The notes: generated from the letters alone by a model not told the origin. Positions 9,291 through 19,842 are shown, counted from the stretch's first letter. The stretch: 64,000 bases of DNA from Lachnospiraceae bacterium (GCA_022790855.1 JAAVYA010000002.1:49054-113053), one strand, 5' to 3'. Made by a program: numbers and translations.

Positions 9291-10907
9291 ATGAAGAAAA
9301 AAAGATGCAGTATCTTGTTGGCGGTATGCCTGGCAGCAGGTTTGACGGCGGGATGCGGAAAACCTGCTTCGGGCGGTCTGGAAACGGAGGAGAAGGTGGG
9401 AAAGGCAGAGGAGGGCCGTTCCACGATAATTGTAACCATGCCGACTTCTTCAGAACCGGAGGCGGGCTTTGACCCGGTTTACGGATGGGGAGCCGGGGAG
9501 CATGTCCATGAGCCTCTGATTCAAAGTACGCTGCTGCGTACCAATGAGAAGCTGGAATTGGAGCAGGATCTGGCGACAGGGTATCAGGTGTCAGAGGACG
9601 GCCTGTGCTGGACGGTAACGATTCGGGAGGATGTGCGTTTTACGGACGGAGAGCCTTTGACGGCGGCGGATGTGGCCTTTACGTATAATACCTGCAGAGA
9701 TAACAGCAGCGTCAACGATTTTACCATGTTAAAGGAGGCTGTGGCAGTAGGGGAGTATCAAGTGGAATTCCGTTTAAACCGGGCATATTCCATATGGCCT
9801 TATACCATGGCGAATGTGGGGATTGTGCCGGAACACGCATATGATGAGTCTTATGGGACGAATCCCATAGGTTCCGGGCGTTATATGATGAAACAGTGGG
9901 ATAAAGGCCAACAGGTAATTCTGGAAGTGAATCCGGATTATTATGGTACAAAGCCAGGCATAGACCGGGTGACGGTGCTGTTTATGACGGAAGAGACGGC
10001 TCTGGCGGCCGCCCTGGCAGGGGAGGTGGATGTAGCCCATACGGCGGCAGTTTATACCCAGCAGCAGCCCAAGGGATTTCATTTGTTTGAAGCTGATACC
10101 GTAGATAACCGGGGCATCAATCTTCCGACAATCCCGGCAGAAGAAAAAGACGGCCTTACATATGGAAATGATTTTTTGAGTGATGTGAAGGTACGAAGAG
10201 CTATCAACCTGGGCATAGACCGCAGGCTTTTGATCGAGCATACTTTGAAAGGGTACGGAACGCCGGCTTACAGCGTTTGTGATGGGCTTCCCTGGTATGA
10301 AGAAAGCAGTCAAACAGCCTGTGATGTCACAAAAGCCCAGGAGCTTCTGACGGAAGCAGGCTGGCTGCCGGGAGCAGACGGTATACGGGAAAAAGACGGC
10401 GCTAAGGCAGAATTCACGGTGATGTTCAACGCCGAAGATTCTTTGCGCCAGGCATTGGCGGAGGAGGTCAAAAATCAGCTTGCAGAGCTGGGCATTTTGG
10501 TAATTACGGAGGCGGCGGGCTGGGATGTGGCTTATGACAAGGCCCAAAGCCAGGCACTGGTATGGGGCTGGGGAGCACATACGCCCATGGAGCTCTATAA
10601 TTTGTACCATAGTATGGAAGACGGGCTGGCGGAATATTCTCCTTATTATAATGAAGCGGTGGACAGCTATATGGACCAGGCTCTTGCCTGCAATGATATG
10701 GAAACATCCTATGAGCTTTGGAAAAAGGCCCAGTGGGATGGAAGGACAGGCATTACCCAGGAGGGGGACATACCCTGGATTTGGCTGTGCAATGTGAAGC
10801 ATTTGTATTTTGTAAGAGACGGCCTTACCATCGCAGAACAGAAGATCCACCCCCACGGGCACGGATGGTCGCTGATCAACAACATAGACGCATGGAGCTG
10901 GGAGTAA
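9291..10907 (+). CDS. ABC transporter substrate-binding lipoprotein, family 5 (Opp/Dpp/Nik type)
   Basis: Signal peptide with lipobox LTAGC (MKKKRCSILLAVCLAAGLTAGCG). SBP_bac_5-like body. The ATG at 9291 has the RBS ggaggaaaag. Confidence 0.85.
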   Translation: MKKKRCSILLAVCLAAGLTAGCGKPASGGLETEEKVGKAEEGRSTIIVTMPTSSEPEAGFDPVYGWGAGEHVHEPLIQSTLLRTNEKLELEQDLATGYQVSEDGLCWTVTIREDVRFTDGEPLTAADVAFTYNTCRDNSSVNDFTMLKEAVAVGEYQVEFRLNRAYSIWPYTMANVGIVPEHAYDESYGTNPIGSGRYMMKQWDKGQQVILEVNPDYYGTKPGIDRVTVLFMTEETALAAALAGEVDVAHTAAVYTQQQPKGFHLFEADTVDNRGINLPTIPAEEKDGLTYGNDFLSDVKVRRAINLGIDRRLLIEHTLKGYGTPAYSVCDGLPWYEESSQTACDVTKAQELLTEAGWLPGADGIREKDGAKAEFTVMFNAEDSLRQALAEEVKNQLAELGILVITEAAGWDVAYDKAQSQALVWGWGAHTPMELYNLYHSMEDGLAEYSPYYNEAVDSYMDQALACNDMETSYELWKKAQWDGRTGITQEGDIPWIWLCNVKHLYFVRDGLTIAEQKIHPHGHGWSLINNIDAWSWE

Positions 10908-10911
10908 CAAG

Positions 10912-11925
10912 ATGAAGAGAAAAAACGCAGGGAAAAAGCGAATAGCCGTATTTCTGGGAAAGAATGTGATACGTGCCCTTTTTTTGGCTGCGGGGGTCAG
11001 TATCGTAACCTTTTTTTTGGTAAGCAGGTCCCCTATAGACCCCCTTCAGGCCAATGTGGGGCAGGCGGCTTTGGGAGCCATGAGTGAGGCTCAGTTACAG
11101 CAGCTTCGGGATTATTGGGGTATGGATACGCCTGCCGTCACCCGGTTCCTTCATTGGGCCGGGGACTTTCTAAGGGGAGATATGGGGGTATCCCTTTTGT
11201 ACCGCCGGGCAGTAGCAGAGATCATCGGGGAAAAGCTTATAAATTCCCTACTGCTGATGATCACGGCCTGGATTCTGTCCGGCCTGCTGGGTTTTGCTTT
11301 GGGAGTGATTGCAGGAGCAAATATTGGAAAATGGCAGGATCGGCTCATTAAGGGATACGCTGTTTTGACGGCCAGCACTCCGGCCTATTGGATTGGGCTT
11401 TTGCTGCTTTTGATATTCGGCGTGTGGCTTAGGCTGTTTCCGGTAGGGCTTGGAGTGCCCATTGGTGTAGCGGCGGAAGAGGTCACGATTCTGGAGCGGC
11501 TCCATCATGCTGTGCTGCCTGCATTGGCCCTTAGTATTACCGGAGCTTCCTCCATCATTCTTCACACCCGGGAAAAGATGTCGGAAGTGATGGAATCTGA
11601 CTTTATGTTGTATGCCAGAGCGAGAGGAGAAAGGAACGTGCAGATGGTAATGCGCCATGGCATACGGAATATTTTGCTGCCTGCTATGACGCTGCAATTT
11701 GCTTCCATTGGAGAGATTTTTGGAGGCTCCGTATTGATTGAGGAGGTATTTTCTTATCCGGGGTTAGGGCAGGCGGCGGTAAGCGCCGGCCTGGGAAGCG
11801 ATATCCCTCTTTTGATGGCCATAACGGTGATCAGCGCCTTGTTGATTTTTGCAGGGAACCTGACCGCAAATGTACTCTATGGCGTCATCGATCCCAGGAT
11901 ACAAAGAGGAGGGCAGGGCTCATGA
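10912..11925 (+). CDS. ABC transporter permease (DppB/NikB-like)
   Basis: Six-TM BPD-type permease. It lies adjacent to and is co-oriented with the SBP gene. Confidence 0.85.
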   Translation: MKRKNAGKKRIAVFLGKNVIRALFLAAGVSIVTFFLVSRSPIDPLQANVGQAALGAMSEAQLQQLRDYWGMDTPAVTRFLHWAGDFLRGDMGVSLLYRRAVAEIIGEKLINSLLLMITAWILSGLLGFALGVIAGANIGKWQDRLIKGYAVLTASTPAYWIGLLLLLIFGVWLRLFPVGLGVPIGVAAEEVTILERLHHAVLPALALSITGASSIILHTREKMSEVMESDFMLYARARGERNVQMVMRHGIRNILLPAMTLQFASIGEIFGGSVLIEEVFSYPGLGQAAVSAGLGSDIPLLMAITVISALLIFAGNLTANVLYGVIDPRIQRGGQGS

Positions 11926-12749
11926 GAAAACCTTCCTGGAATCACAGAAAAAAGACATTATGGGCCGTAACGGGCATGCTCCTTTTTTTGATATTGGTTG
12001 TTGCGGGGGGAATGCTGTGCGCACAAAAAGCGCTGGTATCTGATTTTTCCGCTGTGAACTGTCCGCCGGGGAAGAACCATCTCTTTGGGACGGACTGGCT
12101 TGGCCGGGATATGTTCTCCCGCACTCTGCGGGGCCTGTCCATCAGTGTGCTTCTGGGCGTCGGAACGGCTTTTGCCAGCGCCGGGATTGCATTGGTATTG
12201 GGAATACTGGCGGCAGTAAACAAATGGATGGATGTGGTGGTCAGCTATTTGGTCGATTTGGTTATGGGGATTCCTCATATTTTGCTTTTGGTATTGATTT
12301 CCCTGGCGGTAGGACGGGGGCTGAAGGGCGTGGTGATTGGTGTTATGGTAACCCATTGGCCGTCTTTGGCCAGGGTGATACGAGGAGAGATCCTGCAGCT
12401 AAAGGAGCAGCCCTACATTGCAACAGCCCGAATGCTTGGAAAAAGTTCATGGAGGATTGCCCTCCGTCATATGCTGCCCAACGTCCTGTCTCAGTTCCTC
12501 ACGGGGATGCTATTATTGTTTCCCCACGCTGTACTGCATGAGTCCAGTATAACCTTTCTGGGGTTCGGACTGTCCGCGGAGCAGCCGGCTATTGGAATTA
12601 TTTTGTCGGAAAGCATGAAGTATTTGATCCTTGGAAACTGGTGGCTGGCTGTGTTTCCCGGGACGTTTTTGGTGGTGATCGTTTTGATGTTTCAGTATAT
12701 GGGGGAAAGCCTGAAACGGTTCTTTGACCCGGCTAGTATTCACAGATAG
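11922..12749 (+). CDS. ABC transporter permease (DppC/NikC-like)
   Basis: BPD-type permease. Its start overlaps the previous stop by 4 nt. Confidence 0.85.
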   Translation: MRKPSWNHRKKTLWAVTGMLLFLILVVAGGMLCAQKALVSDFSAVNCPPGKNHLFGTDWLGRDMFSRTLRGLSISVLLGVGTAFASAGIALVLGILAAVNKWMDVVVSYLVDLVMGIPHILLLVLISLAVGRGLKGVVIGVMVTHWPSLARVIRGEILQLKEQPYIATARMLGKSSWRIALRHMLPNVLSQFLTGMLLLFPHAVLHESSITFLGFGLSAEQPAIGIILSESMKYLILGNWWLAVFPGTFLVVIVLMFQYMGESLKRFFDPASIHR

Positions 12750-12763
12750 AAAGAGAGGATGGT

Positions 12764-14191
12764 ATGGAACCTTTATTGCAGATTGAACATTACTCCATTT
12801 CCTTCCGGCAGTATCAGCGTGGGTTGCGGCAGCGGGAATTTACGGCCGTCTCAGATTTGAACTTGAAGGTGCACCCAGGGGAATTGGTGGCTGTGGTGGG
12901 CGCCAGCGGTTCCGGAAAAAGTCTTCTGGCCCATGGATTGTTAGGGATCCTGCCCTATAATGCCCGGGCGAAAGGGAGCCTTTGGTATGATGGAAGCCCC
13001 CTTACAGCGAAACGAATCCAGGCCCTTAGGGGGAGGGAAATCGTTCTGATTCCCCAAAGCGCATCCTTTCTGGATCCTTTAATGAAAGTGGGCAGCCAGC
13101 TGCAAAGGGGGAAGCAAAAGGCAAAGGCAGAACGCATGGGGGAGATTTTCTTCCAGTATCATTTGGAACAAGAGGTGAGAGATAAATATCCATTTGAGCT
13201 GTCCGGGGGGATGACCAGGAGAGTGCTGCTGACAGCGGCCCGTATGGAAGAACCAAGGCTTGTGATCGCAGATGAACCGACGCCGGGACTCCATAAGGAG
13301 CTGGCGGTTCTGGCATTGGGACATTTGCGGGAGATGGCGGATCAGGGGGCGGGAGTGCTTTTGATCACCCATGAGCTGGAGCAGGCCCTGGAAGTGGCCC
13401 ACCGGGTTGTGGTGTTTCGGGATGGGAAGAGCATTGAAGAAAAAAGTGCGGATGATTTCCAAAAAGAAGAGAATTTAAAACACCCCTATACCCGGGCGCT
13501 GTGGCGGGCAATGCCCCGGAATGGATTCCAATGCAAGACCCAAACAGACGTTGTGGAGTATGGAGAAGGAAGGACGGAAAAGCTCTTTGAAGGGAGCCTG
13601 GAAGCAAGAGAGCTTTCCTTTGCTTATGGAGAAGGACAAAAGAACATACTGAACCATTTTAATATGACAATAAAAAGCGGGGAAGTAACTGGCCTTATGG
13701 CACCCAGCGGCTATGGGAAGACGACCTTGTGTAAGGTGTTAGCCGGGTATGAGAAACCCAAACAAGGAGCTGTATTCCTAAATGGAGCCCCTTTTTCGTG
13801 GAAACGGGGATATTGTCCGGTGCAGATGATTTGGCAGCACGCGATTCTGGCTCTGGATCCCAAAATGCGTATGAAGGAAAGCTTAGAAGAAGGGGGGCCG
13901 GTGCCGGAGCGGGTGATCAAGGGATTGGGCATAAGACAGGAGTGGATGGGCCGTTTTCCGTCAGAGCTTTCCGGAGGAGAATTGCAGCGGTTTTGCATTG
14001 CCCGGGCTTTGGGGTCCAAGACAAGATTTTTGCTGGCAGATGAGATGACCGCAATGTTGGATTTGATTTCCCAGTGCCAGATTTGGAAGTTTCTTCTTCC
14101 GGAGGCCAGGGAGCGGGGAATCGGAATTTTAGCGGTCAGTCACGACAGGGAATTGTTGGAACAGATTTGTACGAGGATAGAAACACTATGA
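12764..14191 (+). CDS. ABC transporter ATP-binding protein with two fused NBDs (DppD/DppF-like)
   Basis: Two Walker A sites (GASGSGKS, APSGYGKT) and two signature motifs (LSGGMTRR, LSGGELQR). Confidence 0.85.
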   Translation: MEPLLQIEHYSISFRQYQRGLRQREFTAVSDLNLKVHPGELVAVVGASGSGKSLLAHGLLGILPYNARAKGSLWYDGSPLTAKRIQALRGREIVLIPQSASFLDPLMKVGSQLQRGKQKAKAERMGEIFFQYHLEQEVRDKYPFELSGGMTRRVLLTAARMEEPRLVIADEPTPGLHKELAVLALGHLREMADQGAGVLLITHELEQALEVAHRVVVFRDGKSIEEKSADDFQKEENLKHPYTRALWRAMPRNGFQCKTQTDVVEYGEGRTEKLFEGSLEARELSFAYGEGQKNILNHFNMTIKSGEVTGLMAPSGYGKTTLCKVLAGYEKPKQGAVFLNGAPFSWKRGYCPVQMIWQHAILALDPKMRMKESLEEGGPVPERVIKGLGIRQEWMGRFPSELSGGELQRFCIARALGSKTRFLLADEMTAMLDLISQCQIWKFLLPEARERGIGILAVSHDRELLEQICTRIETL

Positions 14192-14219
14192 CGGCGGTTG
14201 GATAGGAAAGGAAACATGT

Positions 14220-14966
14220 ATGGACACAAGACAGATTTTGGAAAAAGTGAAAGGCGGAAGCCTTAGTATTCAGGAGGCGGAAGGGATGTTAAGACGGCAG
14301 CCCTTTGAAGATCTGGGGTATGCCAAGCTGGATACCCATAGAAAAGTCCGTTCCGGATTCCCGGAAGTGATTTTTTGCAGCGGAAAGGCGGACGAACATT
14401 TATTGCAGATATTCGGCCGGCTTTTGGAAGAGGAGGGAGAAGTGTTTGGCACCCGTGCCTCGAAGGAACAGTATGAATTGATCAAAAGCCGTTATCCCAA
14501 GGTGGAATATGATCCGATATCCCGTATCATTAAAATGGAAAAGCCGGACAAAGTAAGAAAAGGAAGGATTGCGGTGTGTACGGCAGGGACGGCGGATATT
14601 CCGGTGGCCGAAGAGGCGGCTCAGACAGCGGAGTATTTCGGGAATAATGTGGACCGCATTTACGATGTAGGGGTGGCGGGAATCCACAGGCTTTTAGCCC
14701 ATACAGAGCAGATACAGGAGGCCAACTGCATTGTGGCCGTAGCGGGTATGGAGGGGGCCTTAGCCAGCGTCATTGGGGGACTGGTGGATAAGCCGGTGAT
14801 CGCAGTGCCCACTTCGGTGGGGTACGGCGCCAGTATGCATGGAATTTCTGCCTTGCTTACCATGATCAATTCTTGCGCCAACGGGATTGCGGTAGTAAAT
14901 ATTGACAACGGATATGGCGCAGGCTATCTGGCAGCCCAGATGAACCGTATGGCCTGCCATAAGTAG
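14220..14966 (+). CDS. larB: nickel-pincer cofactor biosynthesis protein LarB (PurE-fold)
   Basis: The N-terminal LarB-type extension (AKLDTHRKVRSGFPEVIFCSGK) is followed by an AIR-carboxylase-like domain (IAVCTAGTADIPVAEEA ... IAVAGMEGALASV). Confidence 0.8.
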   Translation: MDTRQILEKVKGGSLSIQEAEGMLRRQPFEDLGYAKLDTHRKVRSGFPEVIFCSGKADEHLLQIFGRLLEEEGEVFGTRASKEQYELIKSRYPKVEYDPISRIIKMEKPDKVRKGRIAVCTAGTADIPVAEEAAQTAEYFGNNVDRIYDVGVAGIHRLLAHTEQIQEANCIVAVAGMEGALASVIGGLVDKPVIAVPTSVGYGASMHGISALLTMINSCANGIAVVNIDNGYGAGYLAAQMNRMACHK

Positions 14967-14979
14967 ACGTTTTCCTTTT

Positions 14980-15777
14980 ATGCCCATAGGCTGTGCAGAA
15001 ATATTGTACGGACTATGGGCATATAGTATATGGAGATATAGGAGAATACGGGGAAACGCATTGAAGGATCATAGTAAAAAACGAAATTTTTTGGTGATGG
15101 CAATTGTGTATGTAATGATTCTCCTTGGAATAACGGAATCTGTTTTTGGAGGAGAAAGCAGCCAGACGTCCCGGATGCAGCAGGGAGATGGAGGAGAGGG
15201 TGGGGATCCTTATCACGAGTTACCCAAAAGGGTGGCGCTTACCTTTGATGACGGGCCTCATCCGGATTATACGGGGAAATTACTAGACGGGCTGAAGGAA
15301 CGAAAGGTCCGGGCCACTTTTTTCGTGATGGGAAAACAGGCGGAAGAGTATCCCCAGCTGGTAAAACGAATGGCCAGCGAAGGCCATCTGATTGGGAACC
15401 ATACTTACAGCCATCTCCAATTGAAAAAGTCCAACCGGGAGGAGTTTAAGGAAGAGTTAAAAAAGACCAGTAATATTGTCCGAAATATTACGGGAGAGGA
15501 GCTGCAGTATGTACGTCCGCCCTATGGAACCTGGGATAAATCCTTTGAGACGGAGCTGAATATGTTTCCGATTCTATGGGATATAGATCCCTTGGACTGG
15601 TGCAAGAGCGATGCCTCCTGTATTGCCCGGAATGTCATCAGCAAGGTGGGGAAGGACAATATAATTCTGATGCATGACCAGTATGATTCCAGTATAGAGG
15701 CGGCGTTACTAATTGTAGACGAGTTGACAAAACAGGGATATGAGTTTGTAACGGTGGATGAGCTTCTGGAGGAATAA
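14980..15777 (+). CDS. polysaccharide deacetylase (NodB homology) family protein
   Basis: NodB motifs: LTFDDGP, HTYSH, RPPYG. There is an N-terminal TM anchor. The start is uncertain, with alternatives near 15061 and 15097. Confidence 0.8.
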   Translation: MPIGCAEILYGLWAYSIWRYRRIRGNALKDHSKKRNFLVMAIVYVMILLGITESVFGGESSQTSRMQQGDGGEGGDPYHELPKRVALTFDDGPHPDYTGKLLDGLKERKVRATFFVMGKQAEEYPQLVKRMASEGHLIGNHTYSHLQLKKSNREEFKEELKKTSNIVRNITGEELQYVRPPYGTWDKSFETELNMFPILWDIDPLDWCKSDASCIARNVISKVGKDNIILMHDQYDSSIEAALLIVDELTKQGYEFVTVDELLEE

Positions 15778-15883
15778 GGAAAATCTTTTATTTGCTAAAG
15801 CAGGTTGAAATGCGAAGGGAAATCCGTTATACTGAAATGTACGTTCAGATTACTGAGAGAAAATTACAGGCGGGGAGAAAAAT

Positions 15884-16600
15884 ATGGAGACAGAGATTAT
15901 CAATGGCCTGTTCGCACTGCAGGATGAAGGGTATCGGGAATTTCATGGAAAGCTAATGCCGGAAATTCCCCCGGAGAAAATTATCGGAGTTCGGATGCCG
16001 GCTCTTAGGGCCTATGCAAAGGAAATTGCAGCAAAGCCGGAAGCCAGAGATTTTTTGCAGCAGCTTCCCCATACATATTATGAGGAAAATAACCTTCATG
16101 GGGCCCTGCTGTCCATACTGTATCGAGATGTGGAAGAATTGCTGCGGCAGATAGAGCGGTTTTTGCCATATGTGGATAATTGGGCTACCTGCGACATGAT
16201 GTCCCCCAAAGCGTTTCAGAAGGATTTGCCGCTGGTGTACTCCTATGTAAAAAAATGGCTGAAAAGCCATGAGACGTATACGGTGCGGTTTGCTCTTGTA
16301 ACGCTTTTGGGCTATTTCCTGGGAGATGCTTTTGAACCTGAAATGCTTAAACTGGCGGCAGAAGTAAGATCAGAGGAATATTATGTGAAAATGGCCGTGG
16401 CCTGGTATTTCAGCGTGGCTCTGGTAAAGCAATATGATGCGAGCATCGGATATTTTACGTTCCCGGCGCTGGAACCCTGGACCCATAACAAGGCATTGCA
16501 GAAAGCGGTGGAAAGCCGCCGTATAGACCAGGACACAAAAGCGTATTTGAAATCGTTGAAATTAAAGGCGAAAGATTTGATGGGGGAGAGGGGCGTTTGA
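15884..16600 (+). CDS. DNA alkylation repair (AlkD-like HEAT repeat) protein
   Basis: The length and the motifs YREFHGKLMP...GVRMPALR and NWATCD are typical of the DNA_alkylation family. Confidence 0.75.
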   Translation: METEIINGLFALQDEGYREFHGKLMPEIPPEKIIGVRMPALRAYAKEIAAKPEARDFLQQLPHTYYEENNLHGALLSILYRDVEELLRQIERFLPYVDNWATCDMMSPKAFQKDLPLVYSYVKKWLKSHETYTVRFALVTLLGYFLGDAFEPEMLKLAAEVRSEEYYVKMAVAWYFSVALVKQYDASIGYFTFPALEPWTHNKALQKAVESRRIDQDTKAYLKSLKLKAKDLMGERGV

Positions 16601-16614
16601 CAGAAGGACAGATT

Positions 16615-18915
16615 ATGGACTTTGAGATGGTGACCCAACGGGCAGTACCGGATCATTTTGATACAAATATGGTTCTTTATTATGTTTTGGAGGGAGAGGT
16701 ACAGATTACCGTAAGCGGTATGGCGCGGATTTTGAGAAGCCGGGATTTTTTGCTGGTGAATGCTTGTCAGCATCATGTGTATGAGGAAATATTTGATGCA
16801 TTGTCCGTCCGGTTTGAAATCAGTATTCCGGAGTTGTTCCGGTATTACGATATGCAGGGGATGGAATTTTGCTGTGATTCTACCCAGGGGGAGAAGGGGT
16901 ATTGCAGATCCTTCCGGCGGCTGCTGGAATCATGTGTTGAGATATATTATGAAAAAACCGCAGGGGACGGAGCGTCATTGATAAGGCTCAATGGTATCTA
17001 TTATCAGATACTAGAGAGCCTTATTACTTATTTTGCCCGCCATATTATGGATCGTCAGACACGGGAGCAGAGCCTGGGGGAAGTGCGTATGAATGAGGTG
17101 GTCAGCTATATTCATGCCAATTATAAACGGCGCATTACCTTGCTGGACTTGTCCCGAAAAATGCAGTTGTCCACCGCCTATGTGTCCAGATATATCAAAA
17201 AACAGTTGGGAAAAACATTTCGGGATTATACCGTAGAGGTCCGGCTCAATTATGCTCTGGCTGAATTGAAAAACACCCAAAAGACCATGGGACGGATTGC
17301 TTTGGAAAACGGGTTTCCCAATCAATCGTCTTTTCAAAGAGCATTTCAGCGTTATTACCATAAGACCCCAAACCGTTACCGGGAGGAATATTTGTCCCGG
17401 GCAATGCCGATAGGAGAAGAGGAAGCCCGTCTGGTGGAATTGGAATACCGCTTGCTCCATTATCTGGAGGAGCGAAGGGAGCAGTTCCAGGAAGAGGAAG
17501 AGAATCTGGAAAATTTGGATATAGATACCTTGTATGGAAGGGACTTGCCGAAAGACTGGTGCAAAATGATAAATATAGGAACTGCCGAGACGCTGTTATC
17601 TGAGGAGGTACAGAAACACGTTTTGCTTCTTCAGGAGAGGCTGCACATCCAATATATCAGATTGTTGGGGCTCATGGAAGAAGGAATGTGTCCATACAAA
17701 GAGGGGGCTTTGGAGTTTGAAAAGGCGGATCAGGCGCTGGATTTTCTTCTGAAATGCGGTTTAAGACCTTATGTGGTGGTAAGAAAAAAGAACGCATATT
17801 TGGAAAGGATCCTTGCTCATTTCGTGAAACGGTACGGCCAGGAAGAAGTGTCACAGTGGTATTTTGAGCAATGGTGTGATCCTTCTATGTTCCGCCAGGG
17901 AGCGCCGGAAGGATATTTTAGAGCCTTTGAAACGGTTGCCTGGACGATTAAAAAAATGGCGCCGAGAGTAAAAGTAGGCGGCGCTTACGATGGAAGAGCT
18001 GCAGATATTGACTACTGCAGAATGATTTCAGAGTGGAGCGTCCGGGAATGTCAGCCGGATTTTATTTCCCTTTACTGCTGCAGCATTCAGACACAAGGGA
18101 AAGACAACGCCGGGGAAGCCGGATTTTTAACCTCATTTTTGGTGGAATGCAGACAGTTCACGCAGGAATGGGGCATGAATGTGCCCATGCATATAGGAGA
18201 ATGGAGCTTGACCGGCAGCAGTCTCAGTATTTTAAATGACAGCAGCTTTCAGGGGGCTTATATGGTGAAGAACATGATGGATCTGTGTTTTGAGACGGAG
18301 ATGGCCGGCTACTGGCTGGGAACAGATCTGGCTTCGGACAGGAAGGGAAAAAGAGAGATGCTCAGCGGCAGCAGCGGACTAATTTCTGATCACGGTATTT
18401 GCAAACCGTCTTTTTATGGGATGGAATTTATGGGGTGTATGAAAGGGCAGCTTTTGGGAAGGAGCGAACATGTGATGGTTGCGATGGAGAACTGTGACGA
18501 ATATACCATCGTATGCCACAATTATAAACATCCGGGCTTTCACTGGGATGTTCTGGAGGGAGAAGGTCTGAATATTAAGCGGCTGCCGCTCTTTTTTTCC
18601 AATGAAGACGGAGTTCGGGGAAATATAACGATTCATCATGTGAGAAACGGCCGTTATAAAGTCAGGACAAAAAGCATCAGCCGCAGCAATGGCAGCGTTC
18701 AGGACGAATGGATGAAAATGGGGCTTTCAGACGAACTGGACGAGCAAGACATAAGGTATTTGCATCAAATTTGTACGCCAAAGGTTTCCATCCGGGAGCA
18801 TCGGGTGGAGCATCAGACTCTGGAATTGACCTTGTCTTTGAAGGCCCATGAAATCCAATGTATTCAGATTTCCAGGAGAGATGAAAGGGAAGGGCAGCAG
18901 TTCGACCGAAGGTGA
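16615..18915 (+). CDS. AraC-family regulator fused to a GH39-like (clan GH-A) glycosidase-like domain
   Basis: The order is cupin-like N-terminus, then AraC HTH (GFPNQSSFQRAFQRYYHKTPNRYR), then a roughly 480-aa TIM-barrel-like C-terminus with WYFEQWCDP and IGEWS motifs. The ATG at 16615 has the RBS aagga. Confidence 0.75.
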   Translation: MDFEMVTQRAVPDHFDTNMVLYYVLEGEVQITVSGMARILRSRDFLLVNACQHHVYEEIFDALSVRFEISIPELFRYYDMQGMEFCCDSTQGEKGYCRSFRRLLESCVEIYYEKTAGDGASLIRLNGIYYQILESLITYFARHIMDRQTREQSLGEVRMNEVVSYIHANYKRRITLLDLSRKMQLSTAYVSRYIKKQLGKTFRDYTVEVRLNYALAELKNTQKTMGRIALENGFPNQSSFQRAFQRYYHKTPNRYREEYLSRAMPIGEEEARLVELEYRLLHYLEERREQFQEEEENLENLDIDTLYGRDLPKDWCKMINIGTAETLLSEEVQKHVLLLQERLHIQYIRLLGLMEEGMCPYKEGALEFEKADQALDFLLKCGLRPYVVVRKKNAYLERILAHFVKRYGQEEVSQWYFEQWCDPSMFRQGAPEGYFRAFETVAWTIKKMAPRVKVGGAYDGRAADIDYCRMISEWSVRECQPDFISLYCCSIQTQGKDNAGEAGFLTSFLVECRQFTQEWGMNVPMHIGEWSLTGSSLSILNDSSFQGAYMVKNMMDLCFETEMAGYWLGTDLASDRKGKREMLSGSSGLISDHGICKPSFYGMEFMGCMKGQLLGRSEHVMVAMENCDEYTIVCHNYKHPGFHWDVLEGEGLNIKRLPLFFSNEDGVRGNITIHHVRNGRYKVRTKSISRSNGSVQDEWMKMGLSDELDEQDIRYLHQICTPKVSIREHRVEHQTLELTLSLKAHEIQCIQISRRDEREGQQFDRR

Positions 18916-19035
18916 AACTGTTACGGAGAGGGCTTTTGCACCCCACAACTGTCTTGATTTTTCATGGAAAACAGGTGTATAGTAGATAAGTGCCCGCTGG
19001 GATGAGGAAAAAAGATAAAGAAAGGTGAGAATTGT

Positions 19036-19842
19036 ATGATACGTGTAACAATTTGGTATGAATATGTACAGGAATCAGGAGAACTTCGGGAAGAATTTTT
19101 GCCTAAGGATATGTCCAAAGAGCAGAAGGCAGGATTTCAGGAATTCGTAAAAAATATATCGGAAAGGATTCGGAGCGTGTACCCCCATGGGGTGATGGGT
19201 ACGGTTGCCGAACATCTAAAAACCTGTGAGGATATGCAGGTGACCAGCGTCAATATGTATATGCCGGAGTATGGTCTGCCGGATCAGCTGCTGAATGAGA
19301 CGGACGTATTGATTTGGTGGGCCCATGTAGCCCACGACGCGATTCCGGATCAACTGGCGGAAAAAATCAGGGACCGGGTATGGAAGGGGATGGGCTTTAT
19401 TCCGCTGCATTCTGCACATCCCTGCAAGCCTTTAAAAGCATTGCTGGGAACTTCCGGAAGCTTGAGATGGCGGGAAGGTGATTTTTGCCGCGTTTGGAAC
19501 ATCAATCCAACACATCCCATCGCCCAGGGGATCCCGGAGAGCTTTGAGCTGGAAGAGGAAGAAATGTACGGAGAATTTTTTGATATTCCCAAGCCGGATG
19601 ATTTATTGTTTTTAAGCTGGTATCGTGGCGGGGAAGTATTCCGCAGCGGCTGTATTTGGAACCGGGGTTACGGAAAGATTTTTTACTTTCAGCCGGGGCA
19701 TGAGACAAGCCCCTCTTACCATAATCCCTATGTGAAAAAAATTATTGAAAATGCAGTCCGCTGGGCGGCGCCTGTGATGTGGCGGGAGAATCTGGACTGC
19801 CCCAATGTACTGGAGGCTCCAGAGGATAAATACCGGAACTGA
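19036..19842 (+). CDS. ThuA domain-containing protein
   Basis: The N-terminus IRVTIWYEYV and the overall length and profile are typical of the ThuA (trehalose utilisation) family. Confidence 0.7.
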   Translation: MIRVTIWYEYVQESGELREEFLPKDMSKEQKAGFQEFVKNISERIRSVYPHGVMGTVAEHLKTCEDMQVTSVNMYMPEYGLPDQLLNETDVLIWWAHVAHDAIPDQLAEKIRDRVWKGMGFIPLHSAHPCKPLKALLGTSGSLRWREGDFCRVWNINPTHPIAQGIPESFELEEEEMYGEFFDIPKPDDLLFLSWYRGGEVFRSGCIWNRGYGKIFYFQPGHETSPSYHNPYVKKIIENAVRWAAPVMWRENLDCPNVLEAPEDKYRN

